Shown here piece after piece: positions 49,377 through 58,146 of a DNA stretch of 64,000 nt. A program made the translations under genes and the position numbers. Numbering within the stretch: position 1 is the first letter of the stretch; the number at the start of each line of letters is the position of its first letter. The stretch comes from a virus: the IMG/VR virus record IMGVR_UViG_3300010883_019551, positions 15,700-79,699 of that record; one strand, 5' to 3'. The notes beneath the pieces are model-generated. The model saw nothing but the letters and a program-made list of their open reading frames with translations, searched no databases and was not told the DNA's origin.

Positions 49377-50054
49377 TTAAACAATTTTGTCGACTAGACC
49401 GTATTCAAGACATTTTTCTGCGTCTAGCCATAAGTCGCGAATTAGAATTTCATCAACAACTTCGGGAGACATATCAGATTTATCGATATAGAGCTGCCTA
49501 ATCTTGTCCATAAGCTTTTGTTGATTTTCAAATTCATCCTTAAATTGTTCATGAGTTCCGTGGACCATTAAAGAAGATATCTGATGAATTAGCATGAATG
49601 AGTTTTTATACATGAAACGTTTGTCGCCCACAAGGCTCATGAGCGTCGCTGCACTAGCTGCTTGCCCCTCAACGTATGTGTGGATGGGTGACTTGAGGCT
49701 TTGAATGACATCTACTGCAGCCAATCCAGCAAAAAGGTCACCACCCCCGGAGTGAATATGGAGTTCAATAGGCACCCGGGATACCTTAAGTCTAAGCGCT
49801 AAAACTTGCATTTCGATATCGAGTGATCTTAGAATTTTAATAAGCTCTAACACAGTGCTATCAGTGACAGGAGCATAAAAATATATTCTATTTTCGTCTA
49901 CTTCGACCCCTTTTCCAGGTGCTTCTGGCATGCCAATCGGTCCAGTGCCACCAGCTCCTGTCATTTCCATCAATGCAGCAATTGCCTCAGCTGCATCGTC
50001 AGATGAATTATCATCTGACATTTGAATTCCATTCTTCTTAACAAATTTGTACAT
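49377..50054 (-). CDS. ClpP-like protease
   Basis: IHSGGG, GQAASAA (Ser), IHQ (His), RDLWL (Asp), GLVD; start placed at ATG 50054 with AGGAG RBS. Confidence 0.9.
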   Translation of the reverse strand: MYKFVKKNGIQMSDDNSSDDAAEAIAALMEMTGAGGTGPIGMPEAPGKGVEVDENRIYFYAPVTDSTVLELIKILRSLDIEMQVLALRLKVSRVPIELHIHSGGGDLFAGLAAVDVIQSLKSPIHTYVEGQAASAATLMSLVGDKRFMYKNSFMLIHQISSLMVHGTHEQFKDEFENQQKLMDKIRQLYIDKSDMSPEVVDEILIRDLWLDAEKCLEYGLVDKIV

Positions 50055-50083
50055 TTTATGACTCCTAAGTTTTTGTAAAAGGG

Positions 50084-50156
50084 AGCGGGAGATGAGACTC
50101 GAACTCATAACATTCAGTTTGGAAAACTGATACTCTACCAATTGAGTTACACCCGC
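50084..50156 (-). tRNA. tRNA-Gly(TCC), CCA not encoded
   Basis: GCGGGTG acceptor, ACTC/GAGT D-stem, TCAGT-TTTCCAA-ACTGA anticodon arm, TTCGAGT T-loop, U discriminator. Confidence 0.9.
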
Positions 50157-50164
50157 ACATTAAA

Positions 50165-50764
50165 TTAAATTTTCCATTGGCCGGCCTGTTTTCCTTCGCT
50201 GGTCCATCCTGGCCGGGAGGTTCTAGAGTATAAGTCTAGAAAGGGACCTCTGCTTCTGCTTTCAACCCATGTATAAAACTCCTCAGGCTTTCTAGAGTGC
50301 TGCCTTCTTGGCGCATTAATATAGTCTCTAGAACCACACAGTCCTTTCCCATTAGGGACAGACTCAACATCATCTGTGCCTGAGTATCTGGTATTTTTTC
50401 CCATGCCTTTACGATATCTAACAGCAAAAATGCACATTTCTGTGTATCTCATTCCGTACGGCGTGGGACTTCCAACATTAGACTTAACCCATGGAATCAA
50501 GGTAATGGGCTTGAACCCCAGCTCTTCACAAACATAAAGAGCCGGCAGAATACCCTGGTCTGACCCAGCTGAGAATGTATTGACAGTCCACAAGTACAGA
50601 TGTGCCTCCGGAGCTACTATGTGATGTGAAGTCCAGTCCTTGATTGTCTTTACAATTTCATGCTTAGATTGAACATCGTAATGGGTCGATGGCTGTAAAG
50701 TCTTATGACCAACGCCCCCATTAGATTTCTTCCATGGTGGGTCTATAACAATTGTTCTATACAA
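50165..50764 (-). CDS. MT-A70-family adenine methyltransferase
   Basis: IDPPW, LYLW, HSRKP, DLYSR..RPGW...G; TTG start after GGGAG. Confidence 0.9.
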   Translation of the reverse strand: MYRTIVIDPPWKKSNGGVGHKTLQPSTHYDVQSKHEIVKTIKDWTSHHIVAPEAHLYLWTVNTFSAGSDQGILPALYVCEELGFKPITLIPWVKSNVGSPTPYGMRYTEMCIFAVRYRKGMGKNTRYSGTDDVESVPNGKGLCGSRDYINAPRRQHSRKPEEFYTWVESRSRGPFLDLYSRTSRPGWTSEGKQAGQWKI

Positions 50765-50823
50765 ATCCAACTCCCTACTTAACAATAATAAACTGCAAGA
50801 TGGAAAAGTATTAGAAGAGTTGA

Positions 50824-51144
50824 TTAAATGTAGGGAATTGCGTAGCCTTCGTTTAGAAGCCATGAGTTGATATTCTCTTCATCTAAGAATATCTCAACTA
50901 GCCAGCGGCCGTACTTTCCTCTACGATCAGACATAACGATTACTTCTTTGCCAAGAATTCTGTCTCTGAGCGCATCACGCGAAACAATTCCTTCTTTCTT
51001 TTCTTTACCGCGGACTTCAGGTGTGTCAATATTAAGAAGGCGAAGGCGTTGCCCGCGCAGCCACACTTCAAAACCCAGATCGATATCTGCTGTTACTGTA
51101 TCGCCGTCGTAGACAGCAGTTATTTTCGCTCTATATTCGTACAT
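50824..51144 (-). CDS. Thermonuclease (SNase-like)
   Basis: YDGDT, RL..IDTPE, KYGRWL, GYA. Confidence 0.92.
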   Translation of the reverse strand: MYEYRAKITAVYDGDTVTADIDLGFEVWLRGQRLRLLNIDTPEVRGKEKKEGIVSRDALRDRILGKEVIVMSDRRGKYGRWLVEIFLDEENINSWLLNEGYAIPYI

Positions 51145-51354
51145 CTAGATCTCTTTGGTGTCTTCGTCCCAATCAAATCTAAGTATTATCTTCTTTCCCT
51201 TGCGAACGAGAGAAGCGTCTGAATTATGAATGAGGCAGCCGATGTTAATAGTGTCTGTTCTAGACCGCACGCGTGATAGCCAATGGACTAAAGACTCAAT
51301 AACTTCTTCGTCATCAAAGGCAACCTCATATCTCTTTAATGACTTGATCTTCAT
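51145..51354 (-). CDS. Hypothetical protein
   Basis: Fills the gap in a co-oriented run. Confidence 0.55.
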   Translation of the reverse strand: MKIKSLKRYEVAFDDEEVIESLVHWLSRVRSRTDTINIGCLIHNSDASLVRKGKKIILRFDWDEDTKEI

Positions 51355-51366
51355 AAGCTTATCAAA

Positions 51367-51888
51367 CTAGCCCTGGTCTGTCCAGTCTCCGTCAAGAGAA
51401 GTTAAGGCGCTGCCGGCGCGAGGTGCTGTAACCAACGTATGACCTGACTCCATCCAAGTTCCATCATCACAAAAATCGATATCACACCGACCACGCAAGT
51501 AGTGGATTAAAATCTCTTCTCCGGGTTCTATTACTTTTTTAGCGTAGAATTCTACACACGGTATTTTTGTTTGCATTCTATAGCTTGAATTAGAGGCGTC
51601 GCCGTTGCCATGATTGTATAGAGAGCCATTCCCCCAAACAACAGCACATTGTCCCCCTTCCCAATTAAATGTGTAGTGCATTAAAGTGTGATCTCTTCCC
51701 TGGAAATGGTCTGAGTCTCTTATTACCCTGAACACTTCAGGTGAGAATATGAGCACTGCAGCACGTTCAAAAATTTCGTGCTTTTTAATATTTTCAATTG
51801 CAAACACACCCAAGCCCCGATCAGCTGTTTCTTTGACCACCACCTTCTTAGAAAACCAATTGGGAAGGTTCTCGGGTAGCTTAAACAT
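51367..51888 (-). CDS. SET-domain lysine methyltransferase
   Basis: RGLGVFA, SLYNH, IEPGEEILIHY. Confidence 0.9.
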   Translation of the reverse strand: MFKLPENLPNWFSKKVVVKETADRGLGVFAIENIKKHEIFERAAVLIFSPEVFRVIRDSDHFQGRDHTLMHYTFNWEGGQCAVVWGNGSLYNHGNGDASNSSYRMQTKIPCVEFYAKKVIEPGEEILIHYLRGRCDIDFCDDGTWMESGHTLVTAPRAGSALTSLDGDWTDQG

Positions 51889-51909
51889 ATAGACACCTTA
51901 GTTTGTGTA

Positions 51910-51985
51910 TGGAGCCATTGAGAGGGCTCGAACCTCCGACCTGTGCTTTACAAGAGCACTGCTCTACCAACTGAGCTACAATGGC
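51910..51985 (-). tRNA. tRNA-Thr(TGT), CCA encoded
   Basis: GCCATTG/CAATGGC acceptor, GTGCT-CTTGTAA-AGCAC anticodon arm, GGTTCGAGCC T-arm. Confidence 0.95.
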
Positions 51986-51998
51986 ATACATGTATATT

Positions 51999-52358
51999 CT
52001 ATTTGAACGAATCAAGATTTACACCTTCAATAGCATCTAGTGTTTCTAGAATCAATATCTTTACTGGGTTACGCTCTTGCACGTCGGTCATCTTATGTCT
52101 CGCAGCATCTGTCCAGTATCCCTTGACTTCAATATAGAGGTCATACTCAGGCAAGAAAAAGTCTGGAATATAACGACGCTTTCTCCCCCGTATTGTTCGA
52201 TATTCTAGAACCAATGATTCATCACGCGCCCACTTAACCCCAAGCTCGTCCAATTTCTTTGCCATGGCGACCTCCCATGTGCTGTCCATCTTTACTTCAA
52301 GCCCATCCACAGTAGTGTATAAGGATTCTTTACTCCAAAGCTTTTTACGTTTTGTCAA
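51999..52358 (-). CDS. PD-(D/E)xK endonuclease
   Basis: STWE, YIPDF, IEVKG. Confidence 0.85.
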   Translation of the reverse strand: MTKRKKLWSKESLYTTVDGLEVKMDSTWEVAMAKKLDELGVKWARDESLVLEYRTIRGRKRRYIPDFFLPEYDLYIEVKGYWTDAARHKMTDVQERNPVKILILETLDAIEGVNLDSFK

Positions 52359-52376
52359 GATATCTCCAAGTGTTTA

Positions 52377-52724
52377 TCATGTTGTCATCATCCACATCGC
52401 CAGGAACATGAGTCCGAAAAACCCAAACATTATTATGTACATCATAACAATCCATCCTGCCCGGGCGAACAAATAAGACCAGGTTATTCGAAATACTTCT
52501 CTATCATTGGGAAGCCATGAATCTTTTTCGGCGCGCAATTGTGCATGTTTTTCTTTCCGAGGGACTTCCCTTTCGGATTCGTGGAACCTGGGCGGGCCAA
52601 ATTTTTCATACTCGTGTTGGTCCCATTTCTCTGACTTTTTGACCAACTCACGCACCATGCTGTGCTCTTTGCTTAGCGGCCCCCACTGTGCAGAAACTTT
52701 TTTCTTGAACTCAGTTCTATTCAT
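52377..52724 (-). CDS. Hypothetical membrane protein
   Basis: C-terminal hydrophobic helix. Confidence 0.55.
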   Translation of the reverse strand: MNRTEFKKKVSAQWGPLSKEHSMVRELVKKSEKWDQHEYEKFGPPRFHESEREVPRKEKHAQLRAEKDSWLPNDREVFRITWSYLFARAGWIVMMYIIMFGFFGLMFLAMWMMTT

Positions 52725-52725
52725 G

Positions 52726-53178
52726 TTATAACTCTAATATCCCCACTGCAGTGTGTGCTTCTATGTGTAGCCTTGAGATGTCTTCTTCTTCCATAAGCTT
52801 AAGCTGACCGATCGTAGCCCATAACGAAAACTCAAAGGATACAAACACTTTCTTGTGGGTCTTATTAAACTCACTTACTCTAATACCCGGTATTTTTTGG
52901 TAATGTAAACTCATTATTGTTTTTACATGTGGCAGGTCAAATGGCTTTCCGTCCAAAAGATTTTTTATCATCTCTTTCGTAGGGTGCTTATCACACACAG
53001 GCAAAGAAATAAAATTAAACAATTGTAATGGAAGATCAGACTTAGACATGCTAGTGCCAATATACGATGGGTCATTGAAATGAAGGCATTCATGTCTGGC
53101 AAACATTGTTAGCTTACACAGACAATTGTCTGAAAACGCATCAGACTGAATCATATCATACACACCGTTATCAGACAT
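52726..53178 (-). CDS. Hypothetical protein
   Basis: Overlap-coupled ORF. Confidence 0.55.
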   Translation of the reverse strand: MSDNGVYDMIQSDAFSDNCLCKLTMFARHECLHFNDPSYIGTSMSKSDLPLQLFNFISLPVCDKHPTKEMIKNLLDGKPFDLPHVKTIMSLHYQKIPGIRVSEFNKTHKKVFVSFEFSLWATIGQLKLMEEEDISRLHIEAHTAVGILEL

Positions 53179-53992
53179 TTTGTGTGGTCCTTAGCACATT
53201 TGTGATATGATTGATATGAGATATTGTGTTCTCAGGTCCCGTGGTCTCAAAGCTAGCGATACCAGGTTCTAGTGCCTCGTATAATGTTCTATCATTTCCA
53301 TATTCATCACATCGGTCCCCTATGAAATACACAGCTTCATATGACTGCACATGTCGCAGCACGTACGTTTTATCCCACCCCTCTGGGTAGATATCAATTG
53401 ATGTGTTGCCACCCATCACGCTAGTAATGGTAGAAATTCCCAAATAATCAAGTGTCTCCTCAAGCTCCCGTATAAGAAACTTTCTGCACTGATGTTTCTT
53501 ATCAAATATCTGAAATGCCTTACGATCGCTGTCTTCAGCATCTCGTCCCACAGGGCACCAGTTAATCATACTTTTTCTGTCTGATATAAAATTTCCTGTG
53601 AGAGGCATGCTATGATGTCTGTCAGCATAATTTGCCTGAATTGAAAGAATCTCTCTTACAATGTTCCGATAATTGGTATCGCTAATATGATCACGCATGT
53701 TAGTACTACTGTTAACTACCCATTTTTTCTTATTGGGTGAGAATGAGTAGGACTGAGTTCCGTTACACGGGAATAAAGAAATACAGTCAACGTTAACAGA
53801 GCCTAGCTCAGACCATAAAATTTCACACTGTTGTTCTAGATAGACCATGGGGCTGCCAGTCACAATGCCGATATCAGCGAATTCGCTAAGTGTTCTCAAT
53901 GGGTTGACCATTGTCCAGTCAGCTTTTTTTCTGGCCGCTGTTAATGTCCCGTCCATATCAAAAAGAACTAGGTAGTCTTTATCTGCAGGCAC
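53171..53992 (-). CDS. HAD-IIB phosphomannomutase (eukaryotic PMM/Sec53 type)
   Basis: FDMDGTLT..R, FI..R..MINWCPVGR, GG..SIDIYPEGWDKTY.L, FIGD....GND. Confidence 0.88.
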   Translation of the reverse strand: MPADKDYLVLFDMDGTLTAARKKADWTMVNPLRTLSEFADIGIVTGSPMVYLEQQCEILWSELGSVNVDCISLFPCNGTQSYSFSPNKKKWVVNSSTNMRDHISDTNYRNIVREILSIQANYADRHHSMPLTGNFISDRKSMINWCPVGRDAEDSDRKAFQIFDKKHQCRKFLIRELEETLDYLGISTITSVMGGNTSIDIYPEGWDKTYVLRHVQSYEAVYFIGDRCDEYGNDRTLYEALEPGIASFETTGPENTISHINHITNVLRTTQNV

Positions 53993-54118
53993 TTTCTTTC
54001 TCCTACTTTTATATGAAAACTACTGCGTGAATCCCTGCGTGTAACACAAAGATTGCCACATAATTTTCTCATTCGATACTTAGAAAGTAGCTATTACGCA
54101 ATTACATATAGACTGATT

Positions 54119-55024
54119 ATGGACCCCTACAAACGATTCAAACATTTTACCATTGGCCTGACTACCTTGTGGTTTAGTCTTCTGCTAACCTCTTGTGCAA
54201 CTCTTTCCGGGTGCAATGGGTGTAACTTAACCTCAAGTTATACCGCGCCCTATAAACCCCCGTCTTTCACGCTGATTGAAGTAAGTCTTAGGCTAAAGCC
54301 GGCTGACTGTACAGTAAAGGGAACGGGAGAAAAATGTGAAAGTCTGCTGTCCATGCTCCCACCCAGGACTATAGAGACCAGCGGTTCCGGGACTGTTGTG
54401 AAAACAGTCGGTGGCAAGACTTATGTTCTGACTGCAGACCATGTATGCAGTCACCCAAAAGAAACAGTATTCGAAATGCCGTATCAATTAAGATCTGGCG
54501 ACCCAAGAAGAGTAGCAGTAATCACAGTCAAACAGGCAACCTTAATAACAGCCATCGATGGCGAAGGTATTTCTCATATTTCTGTTGTTCACTCTACTGA
54601 TGTACTAAATGATGTGTGTCTGATCAAATCAGACGGCGGATGGGGAATACAAAGAGAAGTTGATGTAGCATCCAATATGCCCAAGGTCGGCGCACCGGTC
54701 TTTAATATTGCTGCACCCTTTGGAATCTTTGAACCGGGTAACCCTGGTGTCAAGTTACATTTTGAAGGAAGATACTCAGGCAGCGACGCTAAAGGAAACT
54801 ATTTTTATACTGTACCTGCCAGACCTGGCTCATCCGGATCTTCTGTCTTAAACGACGACGGAGAAATCATCGGAGTAATCCACTCTGCCATGGTTCATTT
54901 TGAACATGTAGCCCTGGCATCGTCGTTAACATCAATCCAGGCCCTCATGGCAACGATCCCTAAAGAAGAAACACGTGCAGACGTTCATCAGGATGCCCTA
55001 CATCATTTTGTATTTGGCTTCTGA
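54119..55024 (+). CDS. Trypsin-like serine protease with lipoprotein-type signal
   Basis: LLTSC lipobox-like segment, LTADHVC, NDVCL, PGSSGS. Confidence 0.85.
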   Translation: MDPYKRFKHFTIGLTTLWFSLLLTSCATLSGCNGCNLTSSYTAPYKPPSFTLIEVSLRLKPADCTVKGTGEKCESLLSMLPPRTIETSGSGTVVKTVGGKTYVLTADHVCSHPKETVFEMPYQLRSGDPRRVAVITVKQATLITAIDGEGISHISVVHSTDVLNDVCLIKSDGGWGIQREVDVASNMPKVGAPVFNIAAPFGIFEPGNPGVKLHFEGRYSGSDAKGNYFYTVPARPGSSGSSVLNDDGEIIGVIHSAMVHFEHVALASSLTSIQALMATIPKEETRADVHQDALHHFVFGF

Positions 55025-55339
55025 TTACTTCTTCTTCGGCTTCTGATTATTTCTTCTGATTTTTCGCACAACAGCTCCATTGATCTTCGAACGTTGTTGC
55101 GTGGTGGGATTTGCTATGATTCCTTTCATAAGAGATAATCGGTAAGATCCTGTGACGCTACACATGAATGTAAAGGCCGGCCCGCCTTCTGTTTCTTCAT
55201 GAAACCACTTGATCTCTCCTTCGCTTAAAAGCTCATCGGGCCATCGAAAGCAGTAGACAATGTCACCACGCTTGTAGCCACCCAGTTCCACAGGCCCGGG
55301 TGTTTCGAATTTAATTTTCGATCGCTTTTCACGTGTCAT
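55025..55339 (-). CDS. Hypothetical protein, probably leaderless
   Basis: ATG lies 5 nt after TGTACA-N17-TATACT. Confidence 0.6.
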   Translation of the reverse strand: MTREKRSKIKFETPGPVELGGYKRGDIVYCFRWPDELLSEGEIKWFHEETEGGPAFTFMCSVTGSYRLSLMKGIIANPTTQQRSKINGAVVRKIRRNNQKPKKK

Positions 55340-55375
55340 ATAAAAGTATAAGTCACTAAGTACGCGTTGTACAGA

Positions 55376-55717
55376 TTATGTGTCTGAGTTATTTAGTACT
55401 TGCATAAGAAAGTCTAGATACTTCCTAGCGTAGAGAGTAGCTTCTTCTTCATCATGGAATGTACGTAAATCAGGTTCTAGATCTGCATCTTGTTCAACAG
55501 ATATTTCTACGGCAAACTGCTGTTTACTACCATGCTGGCCGGCCACGGCTGAGTCTAGACCGGTTACGTAGATATCAACATCTACACCATCGATTAGAGG
55601 GAGCCCGGCTCCCCCCATGCCACCGGCGTATACCTGTGAGTCCTTTCTTCCGGGGACAGTGCCCATGGGTCGGGTGTCAGCGGCCCATTCTTTAATTCGT
55701 TTTCGTTTTTGCTTCAT
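55376..55717 (-). CDS. Hypothetical protein
   Basis: Co-oriented ORF. Confidence 0.55.
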   Translation of the reverse strand: MKQKRKRIKEWAADTRPMGTVPGRKDSQVYAGGMGGAGLPLIDGVDVDIYVTGLDSAVAGQHGSKQQFAVEISVEQDADLEPDLRTFHDEEEATLYARKYLDFLMQVLNNSDT

Positions 55718-56012
55718 GTGAATAGGTATCCTGATTCCAGGCTAGCCGGAGAATTGCGGAACTAGAAGCTTCAAGCACCAAGATGTTGCCGTCTTCAGAA
55801 GGAACCCAGATATATTTTCTTATTTTGTGCTTGAAAGCGTCTTCTACAATCCAGATAGGAAGATAACGTATATTTGAATCTTCTTTCTTATCTAGCCGAA
55901 GTTCTAGACTGGGTGTCTCTTTCGAAATAATATTTTTTCTCTTCGGCTGAGCTAGTGCACTATTTGCGAATAATCCAAGCGATACAGCAATTATAATTAT
56001 AAAATTTTTCAT
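55692..56012 (-). CDS. Hypothetical exported protein
   Basis: Signal peptide ending ALA-Q. Confidence 0.6.
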   Translation of the reverse strand: MKNFIIIIAVSLGLFANSALAQPKRKNIISKETPSLELRLDKKEDSNIRYLPIWIVEDAFKHKIRKYIWVPSEDGNILVLEASSSAILRLAWNQDTYSHEAKTKTN

Positions 56013-56089
56013 GAACTGATTTCTTCAACTTAAGTTAACACTACAAACATGTGTGATGTTTCGTATTACATATGATGCAACACAGATAA

Positions 56090-56458
56090 CTATTCACGAA
56101 TATAAGCAGTCCATGCATATCTTTTGCGCTTGCCTAAATAAGTGGGCTTCTTTTCATTAGAATAGGCTTCCCTTTCGAACGGATTTTCCCTATACGCTTT
56201 AGCACCGTCTCGATATCGTACGAGACCTACAAGCCAGAATGTGACATAAAGAAGCCATTGCAGAACAAATCCTAATTCTAGCTGCTGTTGAAAATGAATT
56301 GTCTCATGGCGCCGTGTCGTCTTATTCATTTCGCCTCTACACCAAACCCAAAAGCCGAAGCTAATAGCCCAGATATCGATAGGTGCTAATTTGCTAAGCC
56401 AGACAGGTATCTTGCTATTGTTGATGAACCGAGGTTCCCAAAGCTTAGGTGATTTCAT
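56090..56458 (-). CDS. HExxH zincin-like small protein
   Basis: RHETIHFQQ ... PFEREAY. Confidence 0.7.
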   Translation of the reverse strand: MKSPKLWEPRFINNSKIPVWLSKLAPIDIWAISFGFWVWCRGEMNKTTRRHETIHFQQQLELGFVLQWLLYVTFWLVGLVRYRDGAKAYRENPFEREAYSNEKKPTYLGKRKRYAWTAYIRE

Positions 56459-56513
56459 AATGGTAATTCTCCTAGATAACTATTATATACATTTGATCAG
56501 ATGGGTAAACACA

Positions 56514-56915
56514 TTAAGGACGATCGTCCTTGACACCTTTACCATACCAGCGCGCGTTCCTGCCCCTTACATCATAATGAGTAAAGGTAGTGTATAGGCC
56601 AATTCCGCCCACGTTCATCTTACCTTCTTTGATAAGCTCAACTATAACAGCTTTGACTTCAGCGGGGGTCATTCCCTTAATCTTGATATCTGCCGCTTTT
56701 GCAACCATATGTTGGCTCTTTCTAGCCCCGCCAATTTTTCGATTGTATTTGGGGGATCGATAACCACTTATAACTCGTATGGGTAGTCCGACATGCTCTC
56801 TTAGAACTTGAAGGTTTTTTGCCAGTAGACAAACATTGTCCATGAGATCTTCCGGGACGTCACTGCCGTCACGGCACTTAAACTCAGACAGAGAAAAATT
56901 TTCTTCTAGCTTCAT
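56514..56915 (-). CDS. Peptidase M15A-family cell-wall peptidase (endolysin candidate)
   Basis: FSLSEFKC, SGYRS, SQH...AAD, FTHYDVR. Confidence 0.9.
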   Translation of the reverse strand: MKLEENFSLSEFKCRDGSDVPEDLMDNVCLLAKNLQVLREHVGLPIRVISGYRSPKYNRKIGGARKSQHMVAKAADIKIKGMTPAEVKAVIVELIKEGKMNVGGIGLYTTFTHYDVRGRNARWYGKGVKDDRP

Positions 56916-56950
56916 ATTTCCGCTCCTTAAAGCTTTCTATTTGTGTAGAA

Positions 56951-57598
56951 TCAAAGAGAAGCTATAAAAGAAACGTTTCCATTATTACAACTAGGCTCTT
57001 TGATTTCTATAACTTTGTAAGTATTACGCTTAAGTAGCGCCAGAATGATATCACCTTCTTTGGGAGGAATCATTGGGTAGTGCACTTCTAGAATGATGTG
57101 ATTAATTCTCTTATTTTTTATCATTTCGGTTGCACCTTGGAGTACTTCAAGCTCATACCCCTCTGTGTCTATTTTAAGAATATCAATAACAAGATCGGTG
57201 GCAAGGTATAAATCGTCTATAGACCTAGTATCTACCTGGTACGATGATTTGCTCCATTTAGGCTTTTTCTTGCATGTTGATGACTTATGTCCTGTATATA
57301 TTGTCGTAGTTCCAGTACGACAGCCGATGGCTGTATTGTGGGCCTTGACTCTTTTGTTTCCACTCGGGTGGTCACCGATTACTGCTTGGAGGTGACTAAA
57401 TGCCTCTCTGTCTGGTTCGTAAGCGTGGATGATACACTCATCAGAGGCAGAGATCAGCGCGCGCTTAGTATAATATCCAACTTCTGCCCCCACATCGACA
57501 ATAAGCTTGGAGCCGGCTTTACATAGATTGTCAAATACCTTAATGGTATTTTCTTCTGTCTTCCACGTCTCTAGTTTCTTAAGATTAAATGTTGCCAT
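56951..57598 (-). CDS. FkbM-family methyltransferase
   Basis: DVGAEVGYY, YEP, KIDTEGYE. Confidence 0.9.
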   Translation of the reverse strand: MATFNLKKLETWKTEENTIKVFDNLCKAGSKLIVDVGAEVGYYTKRALISASDECIIHAYEPDREAFSHLQAVIGDHPSGNKRVKAHNTAIGCRTGTTTIYTGHKSSTCKKKPKWSKSSYQVDTRSIDDLYLATDLVIDILKIDTEGYELEVLQGATEMIKNKRINHIILEVHYPMIPPKEGDIILALLKRNTYKVIEIKEPSCNNGNVSFIASL

Positions 57599-57621
57599 GA
57601 TACTAAATATCTAATGACAAT

Positions 57622-57650
57622 AAAAAAGGGGCGCCCAAAAAGGGCGCCCC
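57622..57650 (-). terminator. Intrinsic terminator after hsp20
   Basis: GGGGCGCCC-TTTTT-GGGCGCCCC followed by T6. Confidence 0.9.
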
Positions 57651-57678
57651 GAGAGCTATATAGCTTAGACGATGTCAG

Positions 57679-58146
57679 TTATTCAACATCAATAGTAAGC
57701 TTACGGACCTCTTCGCTACTCACGGGAACGTGAACAGCAAGAATGCCGGCATGGTAACGTGCTCCGATTGAGTTAGCATTGACACCCTTGGGAAGGGTCC
57801 ACGAACGAGCGAAAGAAGAGAAAGAGTACTCCTTGCTGGTGTACATGTCCTCGACATCGCCCTGAACATTCTCCACAGCTGCTGAGACTGTTAGTGTGTT
57901 GTTCTCCACGCTGATGATTAAATCCTCGCGGCTCATTCCCGGGACGGCCAACTCAATGGTATAGCCCTCATCGTTCTTCGCAATATTTGCACGAGGAACG
58001 TTAGTAAACGACGTGGACTCTCCGCGGCGTCGTGTGGGCCCAAAGAAGGACCCCAAAAGATTATCTAGCTCGGTGTCTAGATCACGGATGTAACCATCCG
58101 CGTACTGATTCATTCGATTAATCGGAAAAATACTGTTCATTGTCAT
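57679..58146 (-). CDS. Small heat-shock protein (Hsp20)
   Basis: P..NI, ELAVPG, FARSWTLP, A.Y.AGIL.V.VP. Confidence 0.93.
   Translation of the reverse strand: MTMNSIFPINRMNQYADGYIRDLDTELDNLLGSFFGPTRRRGESTSFTNVPRANIAKNDEGYTIELAVPGMSREDLIISVENNTLTVSAAVENVQGDVEDMYTSKEYSFSSFARSWTLPKGVNANSIGARYHAGILAVHVPVSSEEVRKLTIDVE

Noticed and set aside
50055-50141. N-terminal extension of the ClpP ORF in the ORF track
   Set aside because: Overlaps tRNA-Gly on the same strand; a better start with AGGAG exists at 50054
51999-52358. Endonuclease as a transposon (TnsA) or mobile intron marker
   Set aside because: No transposase partners, terminal repeats or interrupted gene nearby
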